Below are positions 37,740 to 46,623 of a stretch of 64,000 bases of DNA, piece after piece; position 1 is the stretch's first letter, and every line of letters begins with the position of its first letter. The DNA comes from a virus. The notes beneath the pieces were generated by a model. That model had not been told where the DNA came from and made no database searches. It was given only the letters and a program-made list of their open reading frames with translations. The translations under genes and the position numbers were made by a program. The DNA lies in IMG/VR virus record IMGVR_UViG_3300050821_003659, positions 1 through 64,000 of that record; one strand, 5' to 3'.

Positions 37740-38129
37740 GTGCTGAGCAAACATCGCAGACAGATGTCACCCGCTGAGATACGATTCGCGGAGACTACGG
37801 TTCACGCAGTGGACACGTGGTGCTTCGACAACGATCACCTGCTACAACGCATGCAGCAGAAGCAGATCAGCAAGAAGGACGCGGTACTCGCTGCGAAGTA
37901 CGGCGAAGTCATCCGCGTTCAAGACGACGGTCGCGTGGTAATGCGGCTGATGCGACCAACGCAGCCGTTCGCGACTGACAAGGTCGGCACCGTCGTTTGC
38001 GTCTCGCTGCTCGACAAGACAATCGTCACCGCATGGCACAATGACCCGAAAGACAATCACATGTCTGCGGGCTTGGATGCGTACACTTGGCAGGTCAACG
38101 TCATCGAATATCTGAGGAGCATACAATGA
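37740..38129 (+). CDS. hypothetical protein (possible RelE/DUF4258-like RNase fold)
   Basis: HLLQRMQQKQI...IVTAW pattern; GGAG RBS. Confidence 0.45.
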   Translation: MLSKHRRQMSPAEIRFAETTVHAVDTWCFDNDHLLQRMQQKQISKKDAVLAAKYGEVIRVQDDGRVVMRLMRPTQPFATDKVGTVVCVSLLDKTIVTAWHNDPKDNHMSAGLDAYTWQVNVIEYLRSIQ

Positions 38130-39679
38130 AAACTTTCATCGAGTTGTTCACCGACGCCCGTGCGGTATCGACGCCGTCAGTCGCTATCAAGACCTTCGAC
38201 GCAACGTCTAGCATCCTCGCTGTGCAGAACAGCATGTCCCCTGAGGAAGCTGAGTTGACGCCGTTCATCACGTGGGACGCGATACACGGTCTGCGTGGTC
38301 TGACTGACGCGGGCACCGAAGCACTCGCTACGATGTGCAACGATGCCAGCGTGCCTGAGGTTGGTATCTCATGCGATCTGCCCACCGCACTCGGCATCCT
38401 CGAACGTGCGAAGCAGGATGTCATCGCCTTCATCCACAATCCACAGTTGGTGTGGAACGAAGCGAAGTCGGTCGTGCAAGGGTACGCGAACCTTCGCAAC
38501 GACTACAAGGCACGCGGCAACATGGTCGTCACACTCTTCGGAGTTGGCGACACGATGCCCATCGAACTCCAGCAAGACACGCTGGTGCTCGAACACCCAC
38601 TGCCCACGCGTGACGAACTCGCGAAGATCGTGCGAGAGACGTACGCGTACGCATACAACAGCGACCCCAAGAAGTACAAGGCGTGCAAGACAGTCGATGA
38701 GACGGTCGTTGCACTCGCGGTCGATGCACTGATCGGTCTGCCAGCGTTCCCTGCTGAGCAGAGCACAGCGATGTGCCTGAACAAAGAGTCTGGCGTGCTC
38801 GACATCGTCACACTCTGGGATCGCAAGAAGACAATCGTCGGACAACGCAAGGGCTTGACCTACCGCACAGGCGGGCTGAAGCTGCACGACCTGTACGGCG
38901 TCGAATCGTTCAAGACCTACGGCAAGCGGCTGATGTCTGGCAGCAAGCCTCCGACAGTCATCCTGAGAATGGACGAGATACAACGTCAACTCTCAGGCAA
39001 CGATACAGACTCAAGCGGCGTCAAGGGTGACCTGCTTGGTGAGTGGCTGACGTGGATCAACGACCACGACATCTACTGCACTCTGCTCCTCGGCGTTCCG
39101 GGCAGCAGCAAGTCACACAGCATCGACTGCATCGCTGGTGAGTACGGCAAGCCTGTGATCGACTACTCGATCTCACGCATGCAAGACTCGCTGGTCGGCA
39201 ACAGCAACAAGAACATGACGGTCGCCAACAGCACCGTGGACTCGATCAGCGACAAGAACGTATGGCTTGTAGCTACGGCGAACAAGCTGGACGGTCTGCC
39301 GCCTGAGTTGCTCTCTCGCTTCGCGGACATCTTCTTCTTCGATGCACCGGACGCGGATGAGTTGGCTGGCATCATGAACCTGAAGCTGGAGGCATACAAA
39401 CTCGACACGACTCAGCCGCATCCTGACATGACGGGCTGGACTGGTCGTGACGTGAAGAACTGTGCTGTGAAAGCACAGCGTATGAACTCCACCGTTGTCG
39501 AGTGCGGCGAGTACATCATCCCACTGATGACATCGCAGAAGGAAGCGATGGACAAGTTGAGGCACGATGCTGCTGACCGCTTCCTCAGTGCTTCGAAGCC
39601 CGGAGTATACAAGTACACCGAGCCGACAGTGAAGCACACCGCGACCGTGAAGATCACGGAAGGTCGCAAGATGCGGTAG
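38126..39679 (+). CDS. Ycf46-like AAA+ ATPase with rearranged Walker motifs
   Basis: TWD..GL N-domain, MDEI, GVPGSSKS, VATAN, LPPELLSRF, WTGRDV; ends KITEGRKMR. Confidence 0.85.
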   Translation: MKTFIELFTDARAVSTPSVAIKTFDATSSILAVQNSMSPEEAELTPFITWDAIHGLRGLTDAGTEALATMCNDASVPEVGISCDLPTALGILERAKQDVIAFIHNPQLVWNEAKSVVQGYANLRNDYKARGNMVVTLFGVGDTMPIELQQDTLVLEHPLPTRDELAKIVRETYAYAYNSDPKKYKACKTVDETVVALAVDALIGLPAFPAEQSTAMCLNKESGVLDIVTLWDRKKTIVGQRKGLTYRTGGLKLHDLYGVESFKTYGKRLMSGSKPPTVILRMDEIQRQLSGNDTDSSGVKGDLLGEWLTWINDHDIYCTLLLGVPGSSKSHSIDCIAGEYGKPVIDYSISRMQDSLVGNSNKNMTVANSTVDSISDKNVWLVATANKLDGLPPELLSRFADIFFFDAPDADELAGIMNLKLEAYKLDTTQPHPDMTGWTGRDVKNCAVKAQRMNSTVVECGEYIIPLMTSQKEAMDKLRHDAADRFLSASKPGVYKYTEPTVKHTATVKITEGRKMR

Positions 39680-39820
39680 TCCAACCGTCTATACGCTCAC
39701 TCATGACGTTAAACTGTGTGAACTGAAGTCGCATCAAGTGCGGCGACTCAGGCTGACCGAGGCACGACGTAGTCACAAAATAAATCGTGCCACACATTCT
39801 GCTCCACTGGAGAAAACATC

Positions 39821-40750
39821 ATGGCGTCACCAGCACCTGCTCTCTCAACTCTGACCACCGACGTAGCGAAACTCGACCTGAGCAAGACTGAGGACTGCGT
39901 CTTCATCACGACCCACTTCACGATGGGCATCGGTCGCATGAAGCAGATCACCAACCTGAACGTCATCACCGACGCAGACCAGAGCCAGTTGCGTCACCAG
40001 AAGAAACTGATCGACTCTCCTGAACTCGAAGAGATCAGAAGCCAAGACGGTTTCCTCAAGCGTTACCTCGACAGCAAGATGTGCCGCTACTCTGAGTCCA
40101 CTGGGTTTCTGCCACACGTGTTCCTGAAAGAAGTTGACCGTGCGATCATCGCGTACCAGACCATCCGGCGTCCGAAGCTGGTGCAGAAGTTCATGGAGAA
40201 GTACCGAGCACTCGAAGCGATGGACTTCGCACCGCTGAAGGCTGCACTCGGTTCGCACTTCAACCGCAGCGACTATCCATCGAGCGAGATCGTAGAGCGT
40301 GGCTTCGACTTCACGTTCTACTACCGTCCGGTTGGCAAGGTAAACCTCGAAGGCATCAGCGATGTCATCATCGCACGCGAAGCCGAAAAGGAACAGGCCA
40401 TCCGCCTCGCAGCCGTCACAGAGTGGCGTGACGCACTGCGGTTGGCTGGTGCAGAGATGGTCGATGCACTCTTCGACATGCTCAAACCTGAGGCTGGCAA
40501 GACGAAGAAGCTGTACGGTTGCCACGTCGAAAAGTTGCAAGAGTTCCTCGCGACGTTGCCTGACCGTGACCTAGCGAACGACACAGACTTCACCAAGAAC
40601 ATGAACGTGGTGAAGGCTGCACTCGAAGGCGTCACCATCGACAGACTGCGAGAGAGCAAGAGCCTCCAGCAGTACGTTGCTGACAAGGTCGCCACGGTTC
40701 GCGAGGACATCAAGAACCTGACAATCGTCTCCGGTCGTCGCTTCCGGTAG
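39821..40750 (+). CDS. DUF3150-like helical protein with C-terminal GRRFR
   Basis: KKLID..EL..I, LG..FN..DYPS pattern next to the AAA+ gene; ends TIVSGRRFR. Confidence 0.6.
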   Translation: MASPAPALSTLTTDVAKLDLSKTEDCVFITTHFTMGIGRMKQITNLNVITDADQSQLRHQKKLIDSPELEEIRSQDGFLKRYLDSKMCRYSESTGFLPHVFLKEVDRAIIAYQTIRRPKLVQKFMEKYRALEAMDFAPLKAALGSHFNRSDYPSSEIVERGFDFTFYYRPVGKVNLEGISDVIIAREAEKEQAIRLAAVTEWRDALRLAGAEMVDALFDMLKPEAGKTKKLYGCHVEKLQEFLATLPDRDLANDTDFTKNMNVVKAALEGVTIDRLRESKSLQQYVADKVATVREDIKNLTIVSGRRFR

Positions 40751-40758
40751 ACACAGAC

Positions 40759-40796
40759 AGGGGCGGGTTGACAACAGCCCGCCCTTTGATTATCAT
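40759..40796 (+). promoter_or_regulatory. terminator hairpin overlapping a sigma70-like promoter
   Basis: GGGCGGG/CCCGCCC-TTT hairpin with TTGACA in the loop, 17 nt from TATCAT. Confidence 0.6.
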
Positions 40797-40805
40797 GAGG
40801 GCCAC

Positions 40806-41222
40806 ATGGACAAACCATTCGCACCAACGCCGCAGAAGATCGTGACCATCACCATCGACGAGAACGGCGACCAAGTCTTTCTGAAGACCGACTCCGCTGA
40901 TGTGTTTCTCGAACAGGGCGAAGTCATCACACGTCGTGCATCGCACGTTGAACCCGCCGACTTCTGGCGGCGTCTGGCGTTCAGTGTACTTCGTAAACTC
41001 ACACCCGACACGAGCCGCATCGCAGCGTGGACACGCACATGGAACTGCCTCTGGCGTGTGAACACGAAGCCTGTCGGTGGCCCGATACTCACGCACTTCC
41101 ATGTGAAGCCCGAGACGCAGTCGCTGATGTGGGACGCCATCGCGTGGTTCCCCAACAGGCAGGATGCAATCGATGCTGAGGTTCAGTTTCTGAATCGCTG
41201 GTTCGCTGAGAGGACAATCTAA
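40806..41222 (+). CDS. RRASHVEP-family protein of AAA/DUF1257 clusters
   Basis: RRASHVEP, PVGGP.L, F..R..A..AE..L motifs. Confidence 0.65.
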   Translation: MDKPFAPTPQKIVTITIDENGDQVFLKTDSADVFLEQGEVITRRASHVEPADFWRRLAFSVLRKLTPDTSRIAAWTRTWNCLWRVNTKPVGGPILTHFHVKPETQSLMWDAIAWFPNRQDAIDAEVQFLNRWFAERTI

Positions 41223-41629
41223 TGAGTGCATACCACACGCAGAAGACGCAGTACAAAGATCGCGACTGTCTAGTGAAGGCCCTGAACGATCAAGGCTACA
41301 CGACAGTCGAAGTGCATGAAGTCGCGACGAACCTGTACGGTTATCACGGTGACATGCGTTCGCAGAAGGCCAACGTCATCGTCCGCCGTCAGTACGTTGG
41401 ATGTGCAGCGAACGACCTTGGCTTCGTGAAGGCTGAAGACGGCACGTACAGTGCAATCGTCTCTCAGTTCGACAGCGGCAAGCATGACGCGGGCTGGTTC
41501 AAGGGGCTGAAGAAGTCCTACACCGAAGCACGCGACATGAAGACCGCAGCGGCACAGGGTTTCAAGTTCCTCGGCAAGAAGATCGTCGGGGGCAAAGTTC
41601 AACTCCAGTTCGCAGACACGAGGAGCTAA
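41222..41629 (+). CDS. DUF1257 (Ycf35-like) protein
   Basis: MS.Y....T...D...LV.AL...GY, NDLGF....DGTY. Confidence 0.75.
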   Translation: MSAYHTQKTQYKDRDCLVKALNDQGYTTVEVHEVATNLYGYHGDMRSQKANVIVRRQYVGCAANDLGFVKAEDGTYSAIVSQFDSGKHDAGWFKGLKKSYTEARDMKTAAAQGFKFLGKKIVGGKVQLQFADTRS

Positions 41630-41630
41630 C

Positions 41631-41822
41631 ATGGCACTCAAGATAATCACCATCACCATCGATGAAGAGGGCGACCAGACGGTCGATCTCACTGGCTACC
41701 ACGGCAAAGGCTGCGACGCCGTCGCTGATGTCTTCGGTCGAGCACTCGGAGAGACGACCAAGGTCACTCACAAGCCTGAGTTTAACAAGCCAGCGATCAA
41801 CAAGAACCTGCTAAGACACTAG
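41631..41822 (+). CDS. DUF2997-like small protein
   Basis: ITITID..G...V...G..GK.C...LG......KPEF. Confidence 0.75.
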   Translation: MALKIITITIDEEGDQTVDLTGYHGKGCDAVADVFGRALGETTKVTHKPEFNKPAINKNLLRH

Positions 41823-41867
41823 CAGAACGGGGGCAGCGATGCCCCCAGATTGCCTTGGAGGGCAAAC

Positions 41868-42002
41868 ATGAGCAGATACTCTCGCGACTCTGACTACTCG
41901 TTTCTGATCTTCTTCGTGTGGCTGGCTGGCGTCGTAGGCACCGTGGCGTTCTGGGGCACAGTGTTCTATGTCGCGTGGCACTTCCTGAGCAAGTACTGGT
42001 AA
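41868..42002 (+). CDS. small membrane protein
   Basis: GGAGG RBS; FLIFFVWLAGVVGTVAFWGTVFYVAWHFLSKYW. Confidence 0.6.
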   Translation: MSRYSRDSDYSFLIFFVWLAGVVGTVAFWGTVFYVAWHFLSKYW

Positions 42003-42307
42003 CCGCTCACGGCGTCGATGGAGGGCAGCAGCATGAGGGCTGCAATGCAGAGGGTGCGGCCACACCCCGAGCAAGCGAGTACCGCAAACACTCGCAGCAC
42101 TCCACCGACGCCGCGATTATGGCAAACACACGGATCGTAATCTCAATGCCTGTGGACGCGATGAAACGTCTGCAAGAGAAACTGGCAACGATGACACCCG
42201 AGCAGATCAATGCCGAGTTCGGCGTTCCGGTTTTGAGCATCACCTACCCTTCGACAATCGAGTTGGAAGTTGAAGACGAAGTGAACCACGAAACACGAGC
42301 AGGTAAG

Positions 42308-42436
42308 CGAGGCTAGTTGCCTCGCACAACACTCGGTGAGCAATGCACTGGTGAGGGAACGCCGCCAGCAACACGCTGGTTTGCCCCCATATATTCCAAG
42401 TGCTAGGCCGAGTGTTGTGTGAGTCAACCCGACTCT
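42308..42436 (+). ncRNA. intergenic three-stem RNA motif, copy 2
   Basis: CGAGGCTAGTTGCCTCG hairpin, CACAACACTCGG/CCGAGTGTTGTG stem, GAGTC/GACTC hairpin. Confidence 0.6.
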
Positions 42437-42450
42437 AAAAGGGAGAACAC

Positions 42451-43008
42451 ATGATAAACAAACTCGCAGTAGAGTTTCTGAACGACGCCATCAAGCATCT
42501 GCAATCGCAGTCGTACTCTGACTCCGGTCGCGGTCTGTCCTTCCAGCAGTGGTTCAAGACGCTGGAGAACTCCATCGAAAAACTTCGCGAGGCCAAGAGC
42601 CGCGTGCCTCACGTGAAGACGCCCATCGAGAAGGCGACCACGGTGTTCGATGTCGTGGACGCGACGAACGATGTCGCGGAGTCTGTCGGCACGCTGGTCG
42701 TGATCGACATGCAGCGTCTCGAACGCGAGGTGCTGATCGGCAGCATCGCAGATGCGGACGTGCAGAAACTTCTGCCCTTCGCCAACGTGATCGGTGACGG
42801 CGAGAACTTCCGCCACATCATAAACAAGTCCGCGTACGTGGTCGAAACTAACAGCCACGTGATCGCAGAGAACGAAACACTCTGCAAGCGTGCGGGCAAG
42901 ACGTGGGAGACGTACTACGGCAGCGATGCCGTCAGTGTCGCGACCTGCCCCGGTTGCCTTGCGAAAGGCAAAGCGGTCATCGTCAACCATCTACTCAAGA
43001 CACTCTGA
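42451..43008 (+). CDS. hypothetical protein with H..C..CPGC motif
   Basis: GGGAG RBS, 185 aa. Confidence 0.7.
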   Translation: MINKLAVEFLNDAIKHLQSQSYSDSGRGLSFQQWFKTLENSIEKLREAKSRVPHVKTPIEKATTVFDVVDATNDVAESVGTLVVIDMQRLEREVLIGSIADADVQKLLPFANVIGDGENFRHIINKSAYVVETNSHVIAENETLCKRAGKTWETYYGSDAVSVATCPGCLAKGKAVIVNHLLKTL

Positions 43009-43183
43009 GGAGGTGATCCTATCTCGGCACAGTGCTGCTGTGCCGTCTGCTCTACTCTGTTCACGCTGACAGCATCGGGCTACCCAACGGGGGCCGACAG
43101 TGTGAGCATGGGGCTACTAAACCGCTATCGCAGGACGCTGCGGTGGAGTAGAGCAGACGAGACAGCAGCAACGTCAAAAGTTC

Positions 43184-43273
43184 GGAAGGTTGGGTGAGTG
43201 GATGAAACCATCGCTCTGCTAAGGCGACGTACCCGCAAGGGTGCCGTAGGTTCGAATCCTACACCTTCCGCCA
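43184..43273 (+). tRNA. tRNA-Ser(GCT)
   Basis: GGAAGGT/ACCTTCC acceptor, CTGCTAA loop, long variable arm, TTCGAAT loop, G73, CCA. Confidence 0.92.
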
Positions 43274-43840
43274 AGCGTGTCGGACTATCCGTTGGGACGT
43301 TTCTAGAGCCACCCCCAACGGTGGAGAGCCGATATCCAGCAGTCTGCACTGGGGAGTATAAGAGCGGCGTCATGAACCGTTCGCCCTATCACTGAGACTT
43401 CTGGAGTATCTGCTGGTTCCACGGAGGACACATGGAAACAACTTTATTGTTGCTGGCAATCGCGTTACTTCTAGCGTTCAGGGGGGCATAATGGCAACCG
43501 AAGAGAGCAGGGCAATACTTCCGCCAACAATCGCTGGGCTTGACCTTGCCATCACGGTCACTCTCGGTCTGCGACGGTGCGGTCACAAGACGCGGCTGGT
43601 CGAGCGTGCCATCTGTGGCTTCCCTGTCATCGAAGTTCTGGCAACTCCACCGCCGCGACCGACGCGTGCGGAACGGGGGTGCAACCTTGGACTGTGACAC
43701 GATCCCCGAGTACGTGCTGAGGCTGTGGAAGCTGATGGAACCCCCACGCAGCCTCAGCTTGAACGCGGCGAAGGCGGTTGTCAACGCCGCGATGTACGGT
43801 GTAGGATGTATCGAAGGCAAAGTGAGAGAGGAGCAACAAC

Positions 43841-44077
43841 GTGTCGAAGAAAACGCTCGACGTGATCTTCGTTGAATATCTGAAAGAGCAGGTTGAGGAT
43901 GCGAAGGCTGAGTACGTGGGCATCCAAGAGTGCGAGGGTGTTGGATACGATCTCGTCCTCTTCAACTCCCCCAAGACGGGCAGCACGCTAGCCGTCAAAT
44001 CAAATGTCGATGACGTGCGTGACGCAGTCGCCAAGCGTCTCGCCGCTCACGACAGGGACTGGAAGAAACATGGATAA
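43841..44077 (+). CDS. hypothetical protein
   Basis: GAGGAG RBS, GTG start. Confidence 0.6.
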   Translation: MSKKTLDVIFVEYLKEQVEDAKAEYVGIQECEGVGYDLVLFNSPKTGSTLAVKSNVDDVRDAVAKRLAAHDRDWKKHG

Positions 44078-44385
44078 CCAGTGGGGAGTGGGCGTGCCTG
44101 ACTCAGCGATCATCATGCTTGCCAGACTGATGCTCACACGCATCAAGCTGAAGGGCATGAAGGTCACGACGAGACAGGACGCCATCGCGATCATCAAGGG
44201 GCTACGACCCGCAGTGAGCAAGGACACTCCGCTCAGTGCCGTCGTGAAGCCTGTGACTGACAAGCCTGTCGTGGAAGGCAGGTGCTCGTCCTGCGGCAAG
44301 CCGTTGCTGAGGGGTTCCCTCTGTCGTACGGTCTGGACGATGCACGACGGGGAGCACATCAGATGTCCGGGCGGGAAAATATAAC

Positions 44386-44414
44386 TTGTCAATATAGTTC
44401 CGTTATGGCACTAT
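44386..44414 (+). promoter_or_regulatory. sigma70-like promoter
   Basis: TTGTCA-17-CACTAT; same -10 hexamer as the 18751 and 54335 promoters. Confidence 0.6.
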
Positions 44415-44437
44415 GTTGGCATCTCACGGAGGTGAGC

Positions 44438-44701
44438 ATGCAAGCAGGAAAGACAAAGGCAGAGCGTAAGGCGTCCCGAGCAGGACGTGTCGCAGATCGT
44501 CCGACGAAACGCGGCGAACGTCGTGCAGCGAACACGCTGCGGCGTGTCGAGCAGAAGACCACGGCAACACTGAAGGAAGATCGCAAGCGTTCGTACCTCG
44601 CGACCTACACCGAGGGCGTGCGTGCGGCAAGGGAACTGAAGAAAACGTTGCGGGCTAACGCAACCACACCTGCTGAGGCAGCGACCAACGAGACGCGGTA
44701 A
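44438..44701 (+). CDS. small highly basic protein
   Basis: GGAGGTG RBS; Arg/Lys-rich. Confidence 0.65.
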   Translation: MQAGKTKAERKASRAGRVADRPTKRGERRAANTLRRVEQKTTATLKEDRKRSYLATYTEGVRAARELKKTLRANATTPAEAATNETR

Positions 44702-44800
44702 GCCGTCTCAACAACGGTGGACGGGGGAGAGGCTGGTGACTCGATGATCCCGTCCGCTGATTAAGAAAAACTATACCACTTTTTCTCAACGGAGGATGCG

Positions 44801-45265
44801 ATGGACGGGCAACTCGACAGTGCAGAGCAGCAACTGAAACTGATGCAGGTGATCGAGAAGTTCGCGGAGACGCGGACGACCGAGAAGTCGGGCCGCATGC
44901 ACGGACTTGAGACTGTCGAGGGTGCGTACTGCATGTGCGACTCCACGAGCGATGCGTTCATCCGCTTCGCACACGCTGCGGGCGTCACGCTCGAACTCTC
45001 CCGCTATGACTTCGATCTCGACACGACAATATGTTTGCCTGAGGGCGGCATCCAGTCTCAGCCGTCACCACGCAACCCCGACCCGACACTTTACCAGCGT
45101 GGGAAACATCCGACCGCAGAGTTCCACCGTGCGGGCTGGCACGCAATCGTAGAGACGCCCGAGTTTTTTCTTGACTTCACGGCACGCCAGTATCATCATG
45201 AGGCTTGCTATCCGCACATCATCAGCAAGAAACTAGCAGCGGCAGCAGCCGCAGGAGGCGACTGA
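44801..45265 (+). CDS. papain/transglutaminase-like Cys-His-Asp protein
   Basis: GAYCMCDS...WHAIV...FLDFTARQY; ends KKLAAAAAGGD. Confidence 0.6.
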   Translation: MDGQLDSAEQQLKLMQVIEKFAETRTTEKSGRMHGLETVEGAYCMCDSTSDAFIRFAHAAGVTLELSRYDFDLDTTICLPEGGIQSQPSPRNPDPTLYQRGKHPTAEFHRAGWHAIVETPEFFLDFTARQYHHEACYPHIISKKLAAAAAAGGD

Positions 45266-45677
45266 TGTGTGACGAGACACCGTCTCTGTTCGACATCCTG
45301 ACTCGATATGAGAACGCGATGGTGCAGGTGCACTACGAGCAGGATGACAGCGAAGCAGCACAGACAGAACTGAGCGAGGCTCGACAGGCTCTGCTCACAA
45401 TCTTACGAGAAGCACTAGGGAGGAACTGACATGTCGTTCGGAGCAAAAGAAGCACGCGAGACACGCATCAAGGCAGACCGCAAGCCGCGAGTCAATCTCT
45501 GCGGCGACTGCGGCGACGAGATCAGCGAGACAGAACTGCTCTGCGAATCGTGCAGACGAACGGGCGAGAATCGGTGGGAGCCAATCCATGATCTGTCCTC
45601 GCTGCAAACTCGCTAGGCCCCAGCGTTACGGCGTCATGCTTCGCTGTGGCTGCTGTGGGCGTGTATACGGTACACAA

Positions 45678-45753
45678 CTCCTGAGTCCCGAAGCCGACGA
45701 GGGGCGTGGCTGCAACCCACGTGAAACTGGTGCGAGTCCAGTTCAGGAGTCCA
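45678..45753 (+). tRNA. tRNA-Cys(GCA), atypical T loop
   Basis: CTCCTGA/TCAGGAG acceptor, CGTGG-CTGCAAC-CCACG anticodon arm, T loop TGCGAGT, U73, CCA. Confidence 0.8.
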
Positions 45754-45984
45754 ACATCTGGCTGGTAGGCACGTTCTTAGGGTCACAATAACGATATTCT
45801 AACCCCGCCCTGATGGGTTTAGATCGTGGGTGACCATCGACAAGGGGGTTGCTGTGTAACGGCACAGGAACCCCCGGAACAGGGAGATCAGCATGAGGGC
45901 GTACGCGGTCGAAAGTCTGGTCGTCGTGATCCTGATGGAAGTCATCTGGATCGTGGCGAAACTCGAAGCACTGGCGAGGTGAGT

Positions 45985-46623
45985 GTGGGATATAAGCTGA
46001 CGAACAAAAATCTGGCGGTCACGCGGCTGATGCCTCGCGGCCCAAAGGCAGACAAGCGGCTGAAGTACATGCACGTCTCGCCGCAGGGCACCGTGTGTCT
46101 GACGCCGTCGTATCTCGTGCGAGTGTCGCTGCCGAATGTACCGCAGCCACGTCTGCCTGTCCTGCACATGCAGAAGCAGATCGATGACGGCGGCTGGATC
46201 AATCACGGCACCCAACACGGAGAACCGTTTGACATGGGAGAAGGTCGGCCCGCGACGAACGGCCCCGAGCACATCGTTCCTCGAATCGATGACGCGATCC
46301 CCGTGCCCGAAGATCAGACGGCGACGTTTACCTGCAACGCAGAGACGCTGCTGAAGATGCTGAAGATCGTGAACGAGGTGAGCGAAGACAGCGAGAAGCC
46401 GATACGTCTGCGGCTGTACGGCGGCGAGAACGCGACCGAGCTACGCATCGACTCATACCGTCAACCGGGAAAGCAGGAGTTCCTCGGCGTGCTCAAGTGC
46501 ATGGAGTACTACGGGAGCCTGATCCCCGGCGACAAGCCGAGCGACATGCCCGTGAAAGAAGAACCACCGAAGCAGATGGTCGAGACGCTGAAGGTGAGCA
46601 CAGGTCGGAGGTTCAGATCGTGA
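45985..46623 (+). CDS. possible sliding-clamp-like fold protein with C-terminal GRRFRS
   Basis: FTCNAETLLKML...IRLRLY...LRID...FLGVL resembles a clamp domain; ends KVSTGRRFRS. Confidence 0.45.
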   Translation: MGYKLTNKNLAVTRLMPRGPKADKRLKYMHVSPQGTVCLTPSYLVRVSLPNVPQPRLPVLHMQKQIDDGGWINHGTQHGEPFDMGEGRPATNGPEHIVPRIDDAIPVPEDQTATFTCNAETLLKMLKIVNEVSEDSEKPIRLRLYGGENATELRIDSYRQPGKQEFLGVLKCMEYYGSLIPGDKPSDMPVKEEPPKQMVETLKVSTGRRFRS

